Shown here: piece after piece, positions 1-11,572 of the stretch | Numbering within the stretch: the first letter of the stretch is position 1 | How the letters are laid out: each line of letters opens with the position of its first letter | NCBI GenBank assembly: GCA_009602735.1 | Contig: WELA01001161.1 | Span: 192,809 to 212,808 of the forward strand | Direction of reading: 5' to 3' | Source of the DNA: Mesotaenium endlicherianum | Taxonomy: Eukaryota | Length of the DNA stretch: 20,000 bases | Notes under the pieces: generated by a model | The model's input: only the letters and a program-made list of their open reading frames with translations | What the model was told of the DNA's origin: nothing | Databases searched by the model: none | Translations under genes and position numbers: made by a program

Positions 1-2
1 GC

Positions 3-1460
3 CTTCCGGCAGGTGGCCGAGAGAGGAGGGGGCACCGCAGTAGCAGCGGCAGCGGCAGTGGCAGCGGCAGGAGTGGTTCCTCGGCAGAAGAGGGGCAGAG
101 GGGGCAGACAGGTGGCACGAGGCAAGGCCTGGCGGCAGCGGCGGAGAGCGAAGCCCCACCCCACCAGCAGCGCAGCTCATCGTCCAACAGCAGCGGGAGC
201 GGGAGCAGCAGCCCCGCAAGCTCTACCCCTGGCACGAGCAGCGGCGGTGGGGGCAGCGGACGCTCCAAGAGCAGCAGCAGCAGATCCGAGAAGGAGGGGG
301 AGCAGGAGGGGCCAGAGGGGGGGCCGGAGGAGGTGGCGGCCCCTGCAGCCTCGAGAGCCCAGAGGAGCCCAAAGCATTGGGAGCAGGAGCGGGAGCGGGA
401 GAAGCCGGGGAGACGGCGGGGGGCGAGCGACGAGCTGCGCGAGTACCTCAAGGGCGTGATGGGCGGGGACTGGGGGCCCACAGCAGCCACGCTACGGCAG
501 GAGCGGCACGAGCAGCAGGAGCAGCGGCTGCGAGCGCTAGCCACGTGCCAGGTGGCGCGGCGGAGGACGCTGGAGGCCCTGTCCTCGTCGCCGTTGGATG
601 CGACGAGCCCTCAGAGTGGCGCCGCTGGCAGCGCTGCCACCCAGCCGCGTGGCGGCAATGGCGGCGACAGTGGCACCGGCTGTCGCAAAGAGGAGGAGGA
701 GGAGGATGGCGATCAGAGCCGTCCTTTCCATCTGATCTCAAGGGCCACCGAGAGCCGTCAACCACCGACAGAGGGCACCTGGGGGCAAGAGAAGCGCGCC
801 CAGGAAGAACCACAGGAGGCTGGGCAGGAGGAGGTGAAGGGGGTGAGTTGGCCCTCTGCAGAGCCCAAAGTCGAGAGGGGCACATCATACGACACCTGGC
901 AAAGGCCGGGGATGGGGGAGGCTCCCCTGGGCACTCGGGAGTTGGGCGCTGTGGCGCCACCCGCGGCGGGGGCGGGGGCGGGGGCGGGAGCCAGGGGCCT
1001 GATTGCGGACGCACCTGCTGGGGGTCCGCGTGTCGCAGGTGCAGATGCCCGTGCCGAGTCTGGTGTGGGTGTCAGCAAAGCTGCGCTGCAGGGCGGAGCT
1101 GCTGCTACTGCTACTGCTCCGAAGAGAAGCATCAGCTGCGGCGACTCCTCCTCCATCGGGAACGAGCACCGCTCGCGTTTGCGCTCGCACTTGCACCTGC
1201 ACTCGCACGCGCGGCCGGGCGCGACGGTGGGCCAGGGCGCAGGCGGGTCCGAGGGTTGGGCTGCCAAGAGGTCCGAGCGGGTTGCGGCGTTTGCGGAGCA
1301 GAGGGGGCTCCCTGGCAGGGGCTGGCGCGCGTCCGTGGTAGGGGACGTTCTGCACCCGAGCGGCCGGGAGGGCCCGCACGGGCTGCGCAGCATGCGGCCC
1401 AATGTTCTCAAGGAGAGGAGCTTCCGCTCGTTCGACGTGGACGGCCCCCCTGGTCAGGAG
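3..1460 (+). CDS. Large penultimate exon (5'-partial) of an unidentified low-complexity protein with a C-terminal C2H2-like zinc finger
   Basis: Frame 3 has no stop from base 3 to 1460 (LPAGGRERRGHRSSSGSGSGS...SDELREYLKGVMGGDWGPTAATLRQERHEQQEQRLRALATCQ...LKERSFRSFDVDGPPGQE). It ends GAG|GTCAGC, followed by a pyrimidine-rich intron-like tract. Phase 0 matches the next exon. The family is not recognised, and stop-free frames are common in such GC-rich DNA. Confidence 0.65.
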
Positions 1461-2162
1461 GTCAGCCGCTCGTCCCTTCCTCCCCCCGCCCCCCTCTTCT
1501 CCCCCCCGGCGNGCCACCTCCTCTCTCCCAATCTTGCCCTGCGACACCCCACAGTACCTCTCTTAGAGCCGTGAGGGAACCGCGCACAACGCGACAGTGC
1601 TCCTCCTGCTTTGCATGTCATTGCAACAAGAGCAGGCGCACACGAAGCTCCTCAGCAGTGGCCGCGTAGGCATGCCTGGATTGCCACATGCTGAGATGAG
1701 CACACACAAAACGCAAGAGAATGCGAGGCCTCCCTCCCTTCCTCCACCCCCCCCTTGCTTGCTTGTGGTCACCATATTCCTTCCACTTTCCTTTGCTCTT
1801 TTCTATAGAGCCCTCAAAGTAGTACAGCTATGGTACAACACAGGCTGGGGTATCTAACCAATGGGCCTCGCAAACCAGTGCAAGTTGGCATCAGCTTTGG
1901 CGCTCTTGTTGGATGCTCCCCGGCTGTCTGCTAAGTTGCACCTGCATCTGCTCTGGCATCTGCACCGCTCCACGTCAGTTCGCACGGTGCACATGCGCAC
2001 AGGGTGTGCTCGTGCACATGCACGGTGCGTCTGTGCATCTGGTGTGCCAGCTCATGCATGCGCAAGAGGGAATAATTGCCTTGGCCGCCTCTGACCTATT
2101 TATCACTATTCATCTTAAACATGGGCCGTTGCGGTGGCGGGTGCATGTTGGGGGCGGTGCAG

Positions 2163-2366
2163 TTCCGCTGCCTGATGTGTCGCGGGAGCTTTGCCAAATC
2201 AGCAGAGGGCGGGACAGGCTCCTCCTCCTCCTCCTCCTCCTCTGCCAGCTTGAGCCTCTTTGAGGACTTTGGCGCTCTCAGAGAGCACGCCATCGTGCGC
2301 CACCACTTTGACGTGTGCCTGGGAGGCCCCCCCCTGGACGTGGCGTGGTGCACGAGCAACATGTAG
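2163..2366 (+). CDS. Terminal exon encoding an atypical C2H2-like zinc finger (FRCLMC...FEDFGALREHAIVRH)
   Basis: Acceptor TGCAG|TTC at 2162/2163, phase 0, joins GQE to FRCLMCRGSF. It has CxxC plus an F-x5-L-x2-H-x4-H pattern with an inserted poly-Ser spacer. Stop TAG at 2364-2366. Confidence 0.65.
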   Translation, partial: FRCLMCRGSFAKSAEGGTGSSSSSSSSASLSLFEDFGALREHAIVRHHFDVCLGGPPLDVAWCTSNM

Positions 2367-3399
2367 GCAGCACAGGCGGAGGAGGGTTCCCACTGCACCC
2401 ACCAGCACATCCTAATTTCACATACATTCCTTTCGTCGAAGATGCGCCTACTCTATGCCACGCCAAGAGGAGCCCAGCTAGCTGCCCGCACCCCTCCCTT
2501 TTTTTTTGTCCTTCTCTTCTTTTTACGTGCGACGGCTCCGAGCTGCACGGCTCACGGGTGCTTGGAGCGCGGTGAAGTGAGGGGTGAGCTTTTCCCCAGG
2601 GTCCTGTCAGATTGGGGCTGTTCTTTTGTGTTTCAGAAGTTTCTCGCTGCGGCAAGGTACTGCTGGCGGTACTTTTTGGAGGAGGTGTACGCGAAGGGTC
2701 AATAGGACCTTCTCCCTTTGGTGGTTATGTACACGGGCGCCTGACCTCGATGAGCTCCATGAGGGAGACAGGTTGGCTTTTGGTGGGGGGGGGGAACGAG
2801 AGGGCTCCAGAGTTAAGTTAGCGTCAGAAGCTTCAAAGATGGGGGTGTACAATTCGTTTCGTCCTTGCAGGGCTTAATAAGCAATGTGTATGCTTGCTCC
2901 TTAAAAATCAAGTGAGCAAAATGGTCAGCTGGAGTGCTTGCAGCGCTCCTCAGTTGGATGCACTGTGAGCTCCCTGGGACTTGGTTAATGGGGAAGTTCT
3001 TGTAATTGTACGACGTTCGCCCCTGCATGGGGTGCTTGTAACCTGCTTCCTTTGTGGAGTGGTAGCGAGTTAATTATCTCTATCATGTACATTCCTGCAT
3101 GGTGTCGTGTTTCATCTGTTGAGCAATATCTAGTCGACAGGGGCACTCGGCTCGTCATTGGTGGTTAGTCAGGTTCTGTGTCCAACTACTCAGCTGCATT
3201 TGCTCGAGCTTGACCTCTAGGCAGCTAGCTTGGCAGCAAGTCTGCGCCAGCTTGTGAATGTATATCCTGAGATGCGATTTAGGCTCTAAGGGTGAGTAGA
3301 TGTATAGTAGGAGTGTGTGTGCTGTAGGAGTCTATTATTTAGGTTACTTGTCGACATTGCTGATTACTGGACACATATGCTCTTTTATCAATGGGAGTC

Positions 3400-3526
3400 C
3401 ACTCTGACATGGTCTTCATGTGCCATGAGTGATAAGATGGGTGTGGAATTTGAGTTTACCTGCATATATGGACCCTCACTTCCTGATGCTGAGGTAAGAT
3501 TGCTACTTTCAGATAGGCATAATTGA
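3400..3526 (+). mobile_element. Possible decayed LINE endonuclease fragment
   Basis: Translation EFEFTCIYGPS resembles the xxxVYGP/IYAP motif of L1-type APE endonucleases. I saw no neighbouring GDFN motif, so support is a single motif. Confidence 0.25.
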
Positions 3527-4503
3527 TTGCTGAATATTTGCCCGCAGGCGGAGTGAGTCGAAAGAGCCCAACAGGAAGGCTCTGTTAACAACAATATCTC
3601 CACTTATTTTCTGGCCAACAATAGCACTAAGAAAAGAGGGGCACATCCAAACACCCAGCTGAAAGACAGCCTGCATATTGAAGTTATGCACCAGACTTGC
3701 AGAAAAACCACGTATGAGGCTGTGAGCAAGCTAGACGCAGACACTACCGTTGTGTTTATATCGACTTTGTCGCAGCTAATGAAGGAACAGCACATTGTTG
3801 GTCAACCAAACATTATCCTGAGTACAAGAACAATAGGTCCTAATGATATAGCATCTAAAAGATCCAAGTCACTAATAACAAGGCTCAAATTAAAAATACG
3901 CCTTATCAAAGACCTGCTAACGTCTACAGACTTAAGTCTACTTCAACTCATAAACTCAAGAACTAGATTCCCTGCCCAACTGCTTCTTTCTCAGCTAACA
4001 AAAATTGGGTAGCTCCACTACAATGCTTGGCACTGCATTGTGTGTCACCCACAGCCTAAGATCTACTCGCCATCGACATAAAAGCCTACTGCAGAAACTG
4101 ATTATCTTCAGGGCGAGTCACGTATTTTCAATACTTGCAATCAACCAAGCGTCTGGACACTGCAAAGAGTGCACGCTACCTCTGCAACTGGCAATAACAG
4201 ACTAAAGTCCCTCGAGCTATGCTTCTCACTTCCTTCCACCACCCCTCACACACCACATCTAAGCCACACGCTTTGACCCCAAGTCAAAGCTGGCCGTGTG
4301 CACCAAGACCCGCAGCTTACACGGTTCACTAACCCTTCTAACCTCTGACCTATCATTCCGTCACAAATATGAGGCAGAGGCATGTGAGTCATTCCGAACG
4401 CCTCACTCGCTCCTCCCTTAAAAGGAGCTCCTCCACACCAGACTTAGCTAATGGCACTAGTACACTCTGACCTCACTCCCACATGATGATGCTCCCCCCT
4501 GCT

Positions 4504-6400
4504 CTACTCCTCAGGCACCTCAGGGTCCTGGTCAGGATCATCGCCCTCCTTCTTCTCCTCATCCTCCTCGTCCTCCTCAGGTGGATCACCGGGAAGGGGT
4601 TGAGGAAGAGGTGGCTTCAGAGGGCTGAAGGTAGGGAAAATGTCTGGCCTCCTTCCAGGACCAGGTCTTTCCCACTCCTGCCAAAAGAAGCCCAATCCGC
4701 AACAACTGACACGTCAGGAAAGGTAGTGGGGAGACCCTCGACTGGTAGGGGTTGTCCGCACAGGGTACAATAGTGATGCTGCAACCACTTGCAGTTCAAA
4801 CTTTTGCAGCTGAAATATTCTGAAGAGGCTCTCCCTGAGTACAGAGAAAACATGTGCTGAGCATGTATGGACAGCATACAACAACCAGGTTCCCATCTGG
4901 CAGCCAACAGTACCCGGTTCAAGTCACCATAACACCCTTTTTCCCACCACCATACCCATGCTAGAAGGTTTTGCTGAAGTAGATATGGTTGCAACTGCAC
5001 CATGCGCTATCCAATCACATCAGCCTTCACACACAGGACAAGCCAAAGCTTGAAGGAACCAGTTCCCACCAAACCAAAGCCACAACCTTCTTAAGACCGG
5101 GGTACAGAGGGAACGATGACTGATATTATTAACAAATTCATTTGTGCAGGCTTAATTTGGCGCAACCTTACAAGGTATATACGCTCGTTTTAGCTAGCTA
5201 CATAAACAAGACCTTGGCGAGGACCTTCAAAGATATGGTCATGTTGACAAATAACGATCTCAAATTCATACCTAGTACCAACAAAACTTTTTGCGCCATA
5301 AGGACACGGATTGGAAACTTCTCTATCTATGATCTGCATGAACCCCTCAGTCTTGCTCTTCCCTCAACCACTACCAGCCCCTTGCCAAAATCCAGCCTAG
5401 GTAAAAGAGCATCCAGCTCAGCTTCTTTTCAAATTGTCCTGATGCCGGAACAAAATAACTTAAGTTTCTGGTGACTGCGGGCATTGGAAGGTCTAAGGTA
5501 GCATTTAGTTCAACAGCAAATTATTGTTTGAACCTAATTTGACGATCTCTGACAGATTCTGGGCTTCACAAGAACACATATGACGTCAATGGGAAGCAAA
5601 GGTTACCGTCACTCGGCTGAACCATTGAGCTTCTAGCAGGCAGTGATACACCAGAATTTAGAGGTCATGACGGCTCAATAACACACCACAAGAATGGAAA
5701 GCCATGTAAAAAACTAAGCGCATCCTTGTCAGAAAGGGAGGCTCTTTATGGGCACTTATCACTCGTTGAGACTTCAAAAAAACGATGTCGTTTATGAGAT
5801 AAAAGGTGAGAGGAACTTGAGTTGCACTTACGATTGGAAAATCAAGAGGAGATCTCTTTGTCATTTTATCCTCTTCAGGCGCCATCCTTGGTGCCATCCT
5901 CGTGAACCGCCTGATGGTCTGTGTAAGCCCACAGCGCACGCCTGCAGCTGCATGATAGCTGATTGCACGTGTCCGGGATAGAGAACAAGAGCTCCTATCG
6001 GAAGATCTATCTTTTGCTCCAGTCAACTCAGCCCCTGATGCAGGACCCGTTAACAGGGCCCGAGCAAGACAAGCAGAAGCCATCACCTCTAATCCCTCCA
6101 AATCCGACACACAAAATACACCCACCCCTCGCCTCTCAAGCGTCGTGCTCTTCAGCTAAGAACAAGAAGAACGAGTTGCCGCAACTTGGTCTAACTTGAT
6201 GTGTAGGAGCCCCGAGTTACCCCTTTCTCTTCCTCAAGATATGTAGCACCGCACACTGCATGAGGGAAGAATAATACGCCGACCTTCAAAGCAAGAGATT
6301 GTACTTTAAAGTGTCGCTTCCTGCAAGCAAGCGATGACGAGCGATCTAGCGTGCGATTCGACAAGCTGATCTGGCGAGCTCGTTTCTTCTAGAAGGGAGC
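4504..6400 (-). mobile_element. Highly degenerate, probably internally deleted non-LTR retrotransposon (LINE, L1/Tx1-like) remnant
   Basis: Minus-strand fragments lie in LINE ORF2 order and are broken by stops and frameshifts: VIACLQE (~6338-6318, like the EN motif DIxCLQET), weak EN-like segments to ~5600, then CPVCEG..IAH (~5045-5000) and W/F-rich segments (GTWLLYAV...FWQEW) like the zf-RVT C-terminal region. No RT core (YADD) was seen. Boundaries are approximate. Confidence 0.4.
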
Positions 6401-9400
6401 CTGTGGGGAACAAGCCCTGCTGGATGAGCGGCTTCGGTCCCACCCAACCCGCAGCGCGGCCACCCTTCAGCCAGTCGCAGTTCGCAACTCGAATTCTTTA
6501 AATAGTGGCTGGCATGAGAAGTCGCAATCGGAACGTCCAGTAAATCCTCCACAGAAGCACACGTTTATGAATATTTTGGAGTACGAAGTGTTTTGTGCCA
6601 TTTTTTTGCATCATCTGAATCTTAAACTCAAGAATAAGAGAAACTAAAGGCGCGCTGTTTCAATCATGTGTACGAAAGTAGAGGCAACACACACTCATAT
6701 GAAGCACTAATGGATGCATATGAATCATTGGGCATTTTTAGGAGCAGATGGAGTACTTCAAACTAATTTCCAAGCAGGATAAAAAGCTATTCATGACTTA
6801 TAAATTTCATGAAAGCATAACCTATTTGGATCGATGGCTGAATCAACTTTATCAAGGTCAACTTCAATGCGCATCACAAAAAGATTGTTACAATTGCCTC
6901 CACCGTCTTTAAGAGTTGGTTCTTCAAAACAATAACATGCTTGAAAATTTGACATTGTTTTTTCAACATGTTAAGAACAACAACTAAATCATCCACTTCA
7001 ACAAGGAGGTTAATGCCAAGGTCCAATATCCTTGCCATGAGCCCTCAAAGAGTGCAGATATCGTACCAACCACACCACGGGGATGTATCTTTGATGCTAA
7101 CACTCACACTCTGGTATTCATTTTTCTCAAAAGTCTCTAAAATTGTCCCCTTGTACTACGACTTCTAAACTTCAGCCTAAAGATACAACATTCATTAAAA
7201 GAATCATTTCTCATCTATATGATCAATTGCTTATAGTAACATATTACTAAATAGTTATTTGTCAATATACTAACATGTGCAAGTTCATTCATATGAATAT
7301 AAATCAATATAATGCAGCTTTACTCACTTTGTCAAAAAGCTCAAGAGGTTGACTTATGCCTCAAAGTGTAGTTCGCTAACTTAGTCGATCGTGGTCATGA
7401 GTATATATGTGTAATGTAATATAAGTAGACCAATGTGTAGACATAGTAAAGTCACTTGATAATATAATCACTACGCGTATTACTATCACACTCAATACGC
7501 TGAGGAGAGGTATATTAATTTGAATGATTATTCCTAAATTGGCACATTGACCGATTTTTATTATACTGAAAGTCATGAAGGTGACTGGGATTTGGTGAAG
7601 CGAGATCTTACATATGTGGTTAATTTTGAGGTAGGTTCAGTCGTTGTCAATTTACTAAACAGTTAGGACTTCAATCAACCGACCAAACTATATGGTCGTT
7701 ACAATTTGATATGTGGGTCTCAACCTAACGGGTTCCCACAAAACGACGCATCTTGCGGCCATGGTGAACCAGGTTCTCACTAAGTATATAGTAGGTTGGG
7801 ATCTCGTGGTCTCTCACTTGGGATAATAGACTTAACAGTCGGGTTTCTATTTGTCAGTCATGTGGTATACTTGTGGTTTGTTAATATGAACCGCTTTCAC
7901 ACAGATTAAGATGGCGTCTTTGTTTGTGCACCGAAGTAAGCAATCAAACTAGGAGCTTTTCAAAAGGATTGTTCAAGGTCGTTCATTCGTCTCAACTTGG
8001 TTAAGTATTGACGAAGTTATGTCTTTTGATGTCCTCGTACCACAAAGTAGACAACTTAAATGGATTCATATCTAAGTCAACTGGATATGTTCGAGCTACA
8101 TTATGGTCATCTGAATGAGAACATCTTTGCTAATTAGTCCTTTGATGTTGTATATGTGCTTGTACTTGCCTGTATGCCTAGTGAGCAAGGAAACATGAGT
8201 TTCTAGAGCAGGAGCTCTAGTCCTCAAGTTTGTCTCATTATTAAACCTTGAAATGTGTGCACATGGCATATTATGCTATGGCACAGTGGCATTAAGGGAC
8301 TATGGCATATGTGAGTCAAAGAGTATAAATGAGTAAATTGAATTCAATATAAGGGCAAAGATTGCTTTTTATTTCACTTGCTTTCAATCAATTCTATAAA
8401 CATATTTTTTTTGAATAAGCAAAATTCAAAATTTATGTTGATCCCAAAGTCCTCGAACAAGAAGAGTTTGCAAGTGAAACGCGGATGGCATATGGACGAT
8501 AGATGGACGGTGTTCATTTGCACGAAGGCCCCAAGTGGGCAATATGTAATATAGTGATATAAGTCATATTATATTAGCTCGTTGTCATATTGTAATGTTT
8601 TTGAAAATTTGTAAAATAATTTTGTATGATTCTAAGTGTGAATAGATACTTAAATGACTTGGCTCATGTCCTTTGAATCTTTCAAGGCATTTTCATAATA
8701 AGGACTTAAAAGAACTCTTTGTGGCAAATGTTATATATGCCATTTTTAGGTCAAAAATCTGTACATTATTCTTGAAAGGAATGGCAAATTTTAGGATGTG
8801 TAGGGTGCCAACACCTCAACATGCACCTTCTTCGAAATTACTTGTGTAGCAAGTATATCAACAAGAGCTAGAACATAGAGAGACATTCTACAATCACTCT
8901 TGTACTTGCCAAGTTTCAAAAATATATTAAAATTCAAGACACCATTTCTCTTCTAAGAAGCTACCTTTTATGTTAAAAGATCCTTGTCTTGAGTGGATAA
9001 AGTATTTTATACCCTAAGTGCTTTATCTATCTGTTTCACAACAGCGAGGCCGGCTAGGTGACCAGCCATGTTGAATCGTGCAAAGGAATCATTCTTTCAC
9101 CCAAAATAAAAAATCTTGCCATTTTCCTCTTCTCTTTGCCCTTTTTTGCTCCCCTCATTTTTTTCTCTCTCTATGTCTCTATTCCCTCTTTCTTGTAGTT
9201 GTTCCCTTGCTCTCTCTCCCCCTCAGTTAATCTTGCTCTGTATTCCTTTATCTTAAAAGATTTTCCATGACTTGACCCCTGGAATATGTGAGCCAGGATG
9301 TTTGGCATTACAATTAGTGGCGCACAATGTGGGCGCCTCCTTTCGCTAAAGTCCCATCTATCGCTTTTTTTAGCTGTATTGGCATAACTTTCAACTCTTG

Positions 9401-10815
9401 TATGAGTTGCAATTTGCCGCATACAATGTATAGGGAGCATGTGGCTCGTGCCGGAGTAACTACTGAGAAGTGAGATTAATTAGGAGACAATGCGTGCTCT
9501 GGTGCCTGCTTAATCACAATTTCGTGTTCTTCTTTACATTTGTGACAAGTTACAACATGGAGGATCCACGTGCATAACAACGACGGTGTCCAATCAATTG
9601 AAGACTACCTTGCTGCTTCTTTGATGGATCTAGGAGGTTCTCAAAAGTCAGAAGCATAGTGCAGTCAAGATTGAGATGGGTTGTTTATATGAGGACGTGC
9701 AAGAGAAGTTAGAAAGAGGTAGCAGATGACCCTTTAAGAAGGCTAAATTGCATCGAACCAAGAGAAATGGCGATTTGCGTAAACCCACAAGCTTTTTCAT
9801 CTAATTCATGTCAACATCTTTCACTTGTTGCAAAAGTGGCACGGTGAGGATGCAGAGTACTAGATAAAGATGCAATTTGGACCTTGGTGCATTTGTTAGT
9901 CCCTACTTCAAGAGGTCGAGGTTGAGTAATCCCAAAGTTGTAAAATGTGGACCCACAATTTTCATGTACGAAAGGAATAGATGTTGCATTGCTTGGGCAT
10001 CAAATTCAAACGGGTGGCCGCTCAAAAGACTTACTTCCAATCACTTTCAAAGCAGATAAGTTTAATTTTGTTGCAACCTGGAAAAGACAAAATGATTTGG
10101 TGATATTTCTCCTCAACGATGTGAATTGAGCATGGAAGAGGCGCAAAGCTTCTGAATAAGAATTCAAGTCTGGAGTAGATTAGCTAATTATAGTCCAAAG
10201 GAACAAAGACAAGTTTAAATCAAGATAATTACAAAGGTGTACGGCACATATTGATGCCCCTTGGATTATATTATAAAGGATGAAGGGGGGAAGTCTAGCT
10301 TTGAGATTTGACCCGTTGAGAAATCAACAGTCAATAGCGAACCAATTTCTGACTTAGGTTCAAACATTTAAAGCACATTACTAAGCCCAATCAATGCTCC
10401 ACTATGCCCAGCCATGCCCAAGTCCAACCATGTCGAGCCTGGCCCAAGCCAAACCAACTACTGTAAATTTGAGCTCTACAATGGGTGCGATTTTTTTCGG
10501 CAGGAGGGGTCCTTTCGAGTGGAAGGTTTTCTCCTTGTCCAACCGAGGTTGACCTAGAGCCCCGCCCCCCGCCGAAACAAACACTATTCCGAACCACAGG
10601 AGGGGGAGTCATCAACTCTTATCACAACCTTATATTACCCTAACCCGACGCCCCCCCCCCCCGGTACGATCTGCGCATAGATTTGTTCCACCAAAACTTG
10701 TCACCTATCCAAGAAAAAGCATGACATTAGAGTACAACAGCTCTTTACCGGTCAACGGCCGATGGGTGGACTTGGCACTTCAGTCCAGCTTCGGTCAAAT
10801 GCGCGAGGGCACGAC

Positions 10816-10823
10816 ATTGCCGC
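10816..10823 (+). promoter_or_regulatory. E2F-like site ATTGCCGC (distal, upstream of the MITE)
   Basis: Matches the plant E2F consensus WTTSSCSS. It is a short motif and could be a chance match. Confidence 0.3.
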
Positions 10824-10853
10824 CTTAACGCCAACTCGTGTCGTGCTGTGTAC

Positions 10854-11096
10854 CATGCATGGGGTGATAACTGGTGCTAATTTTCCCATTATTTGAAATT
10901 TAGGCCCCTAAAATTTGAATCCTTTCACTAATTTTTCCAGGTTTGATTTCAGGTCGCTATTGACCCGTATTGACTTGATTTAAGGGCGCTGATTCACTAT
11001 ATAAATTTTGATATTTTGATTTCAGGTCGCTATCTTTAATCTTTGAATTCTGGGCGCTATTTCACCCAAATTTTGGAGGGGAGTTACCACCCCATG
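10854..11096. mobile_element. Non-autonomous hAT-superfamily MITE (243 bp)
   Basis: TIRs are CATGGGGTGATAACT (10858-10872) and AGTTACCACCCCATG (11082-11096), with 1 mismatch in 15. A perfect 8-bp TSD CTGTGTAC lies at 10846-10853 and 11097-11104, with an extra CATG at the left end. The interior is AT-rich with a 19-bp direct repeat TTTGATTTCAGGTCGCTAT (10942-10960, 11015-11033). An 8-bp TSD is characteristic of hAT. Confidence 0.85.
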
Positions 11097-11112
11097 CTGT
11101 GTACATAACCAG

Positions 11113-11124
11113 TTCCCGCGCAAA
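11113..11124 (+). promoter_or_regulatory. E2F-like site TTCCCGCGCAAA, ~265 bp upstream of the POLE ATG
   Basis: TTCCCGC core in a quasi-palindromic context; the preceding base is G rather than the consensus W. Replication genes are established E2F targets. Confidence 0.55.
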
Positions 11125-11386
11125 TTTAGTTTTTGAAGTTGCCACCACTTCGTACTACGTACCCCTCTTCTAATTGATGGCACCCGTAGTGCATGATGAC
11201 ATCATTATCCCGCATTCTCATTTGATGCCCTCTATACATCCTCAAGTGTTGGGCAGCATCATGCACAAGGCCATTCCGTAAAACATCCAGGGTTGTCCTT
11301 GACTCAGACCTCTGGTTAGAATGAGAGAGGCACTGTCTCACTTTCTGCATTGACAGAATTTGACGCTAATCTGGTAGTCAGGACTC

Positions 11387-11572
11387 ATGGGGGGTGGAGG
11401 ACGACGCTCTGGGCGGGGTGGAAGAGGAGGAGCGCAGGGTGATGGGGGGAGGGGCAGAGGCAGTCGTAGTAACGTTCCCACAACTGAAGATGACGAGCTG
11501 GAGAGGAAGATGGGGTTTGAGCTTTACACGAAGCCTGATCCCCGGCTTGGCTGGTTAATGAACATGAGCACC
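11387..11572 (+). CDS. POLE: POLE exon 1 (62 codons)
   Basis: ATG at 11387; [15 protein letters not shown]...[29 protein letters not shown]; donor GTAAGT at 11573. Confidence 0.9.

Noticed and set aside
13..1669. Several long overlapping ORFs in other frames and on the minus strand (e.g. 377..1669)
   Set aside because: Shadows of GC-rich low-complexity coding sequence. Only frame 3 is open from the window edge and splices in phase to the zinc-finger exon.
6600..7170. Minus-strand interrupted frame faintly like a DNA-transposase helical region (GLMARILDLGINLLVEVDDLVVVLNMLKKQCQ)
   Set aside because: Several stops and no diagnostic motif or TIR found; it cannot be supported without a profile search.
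7200..10350. AT-rich block with short ORFs
   Set aside because: No recognisable domains, termini or RNA-gene structure; probably old TE debris.
10383..10645. Site II-like motifs (GCCCAA/GGCCCA) and a partial telo-box (ACCCTAA)
   Set aside because: Short, ~0.75-1 kb from the ATG, with an imperfect telo-box; they sit in a locally repetitive GCCCA tract and could be chance.
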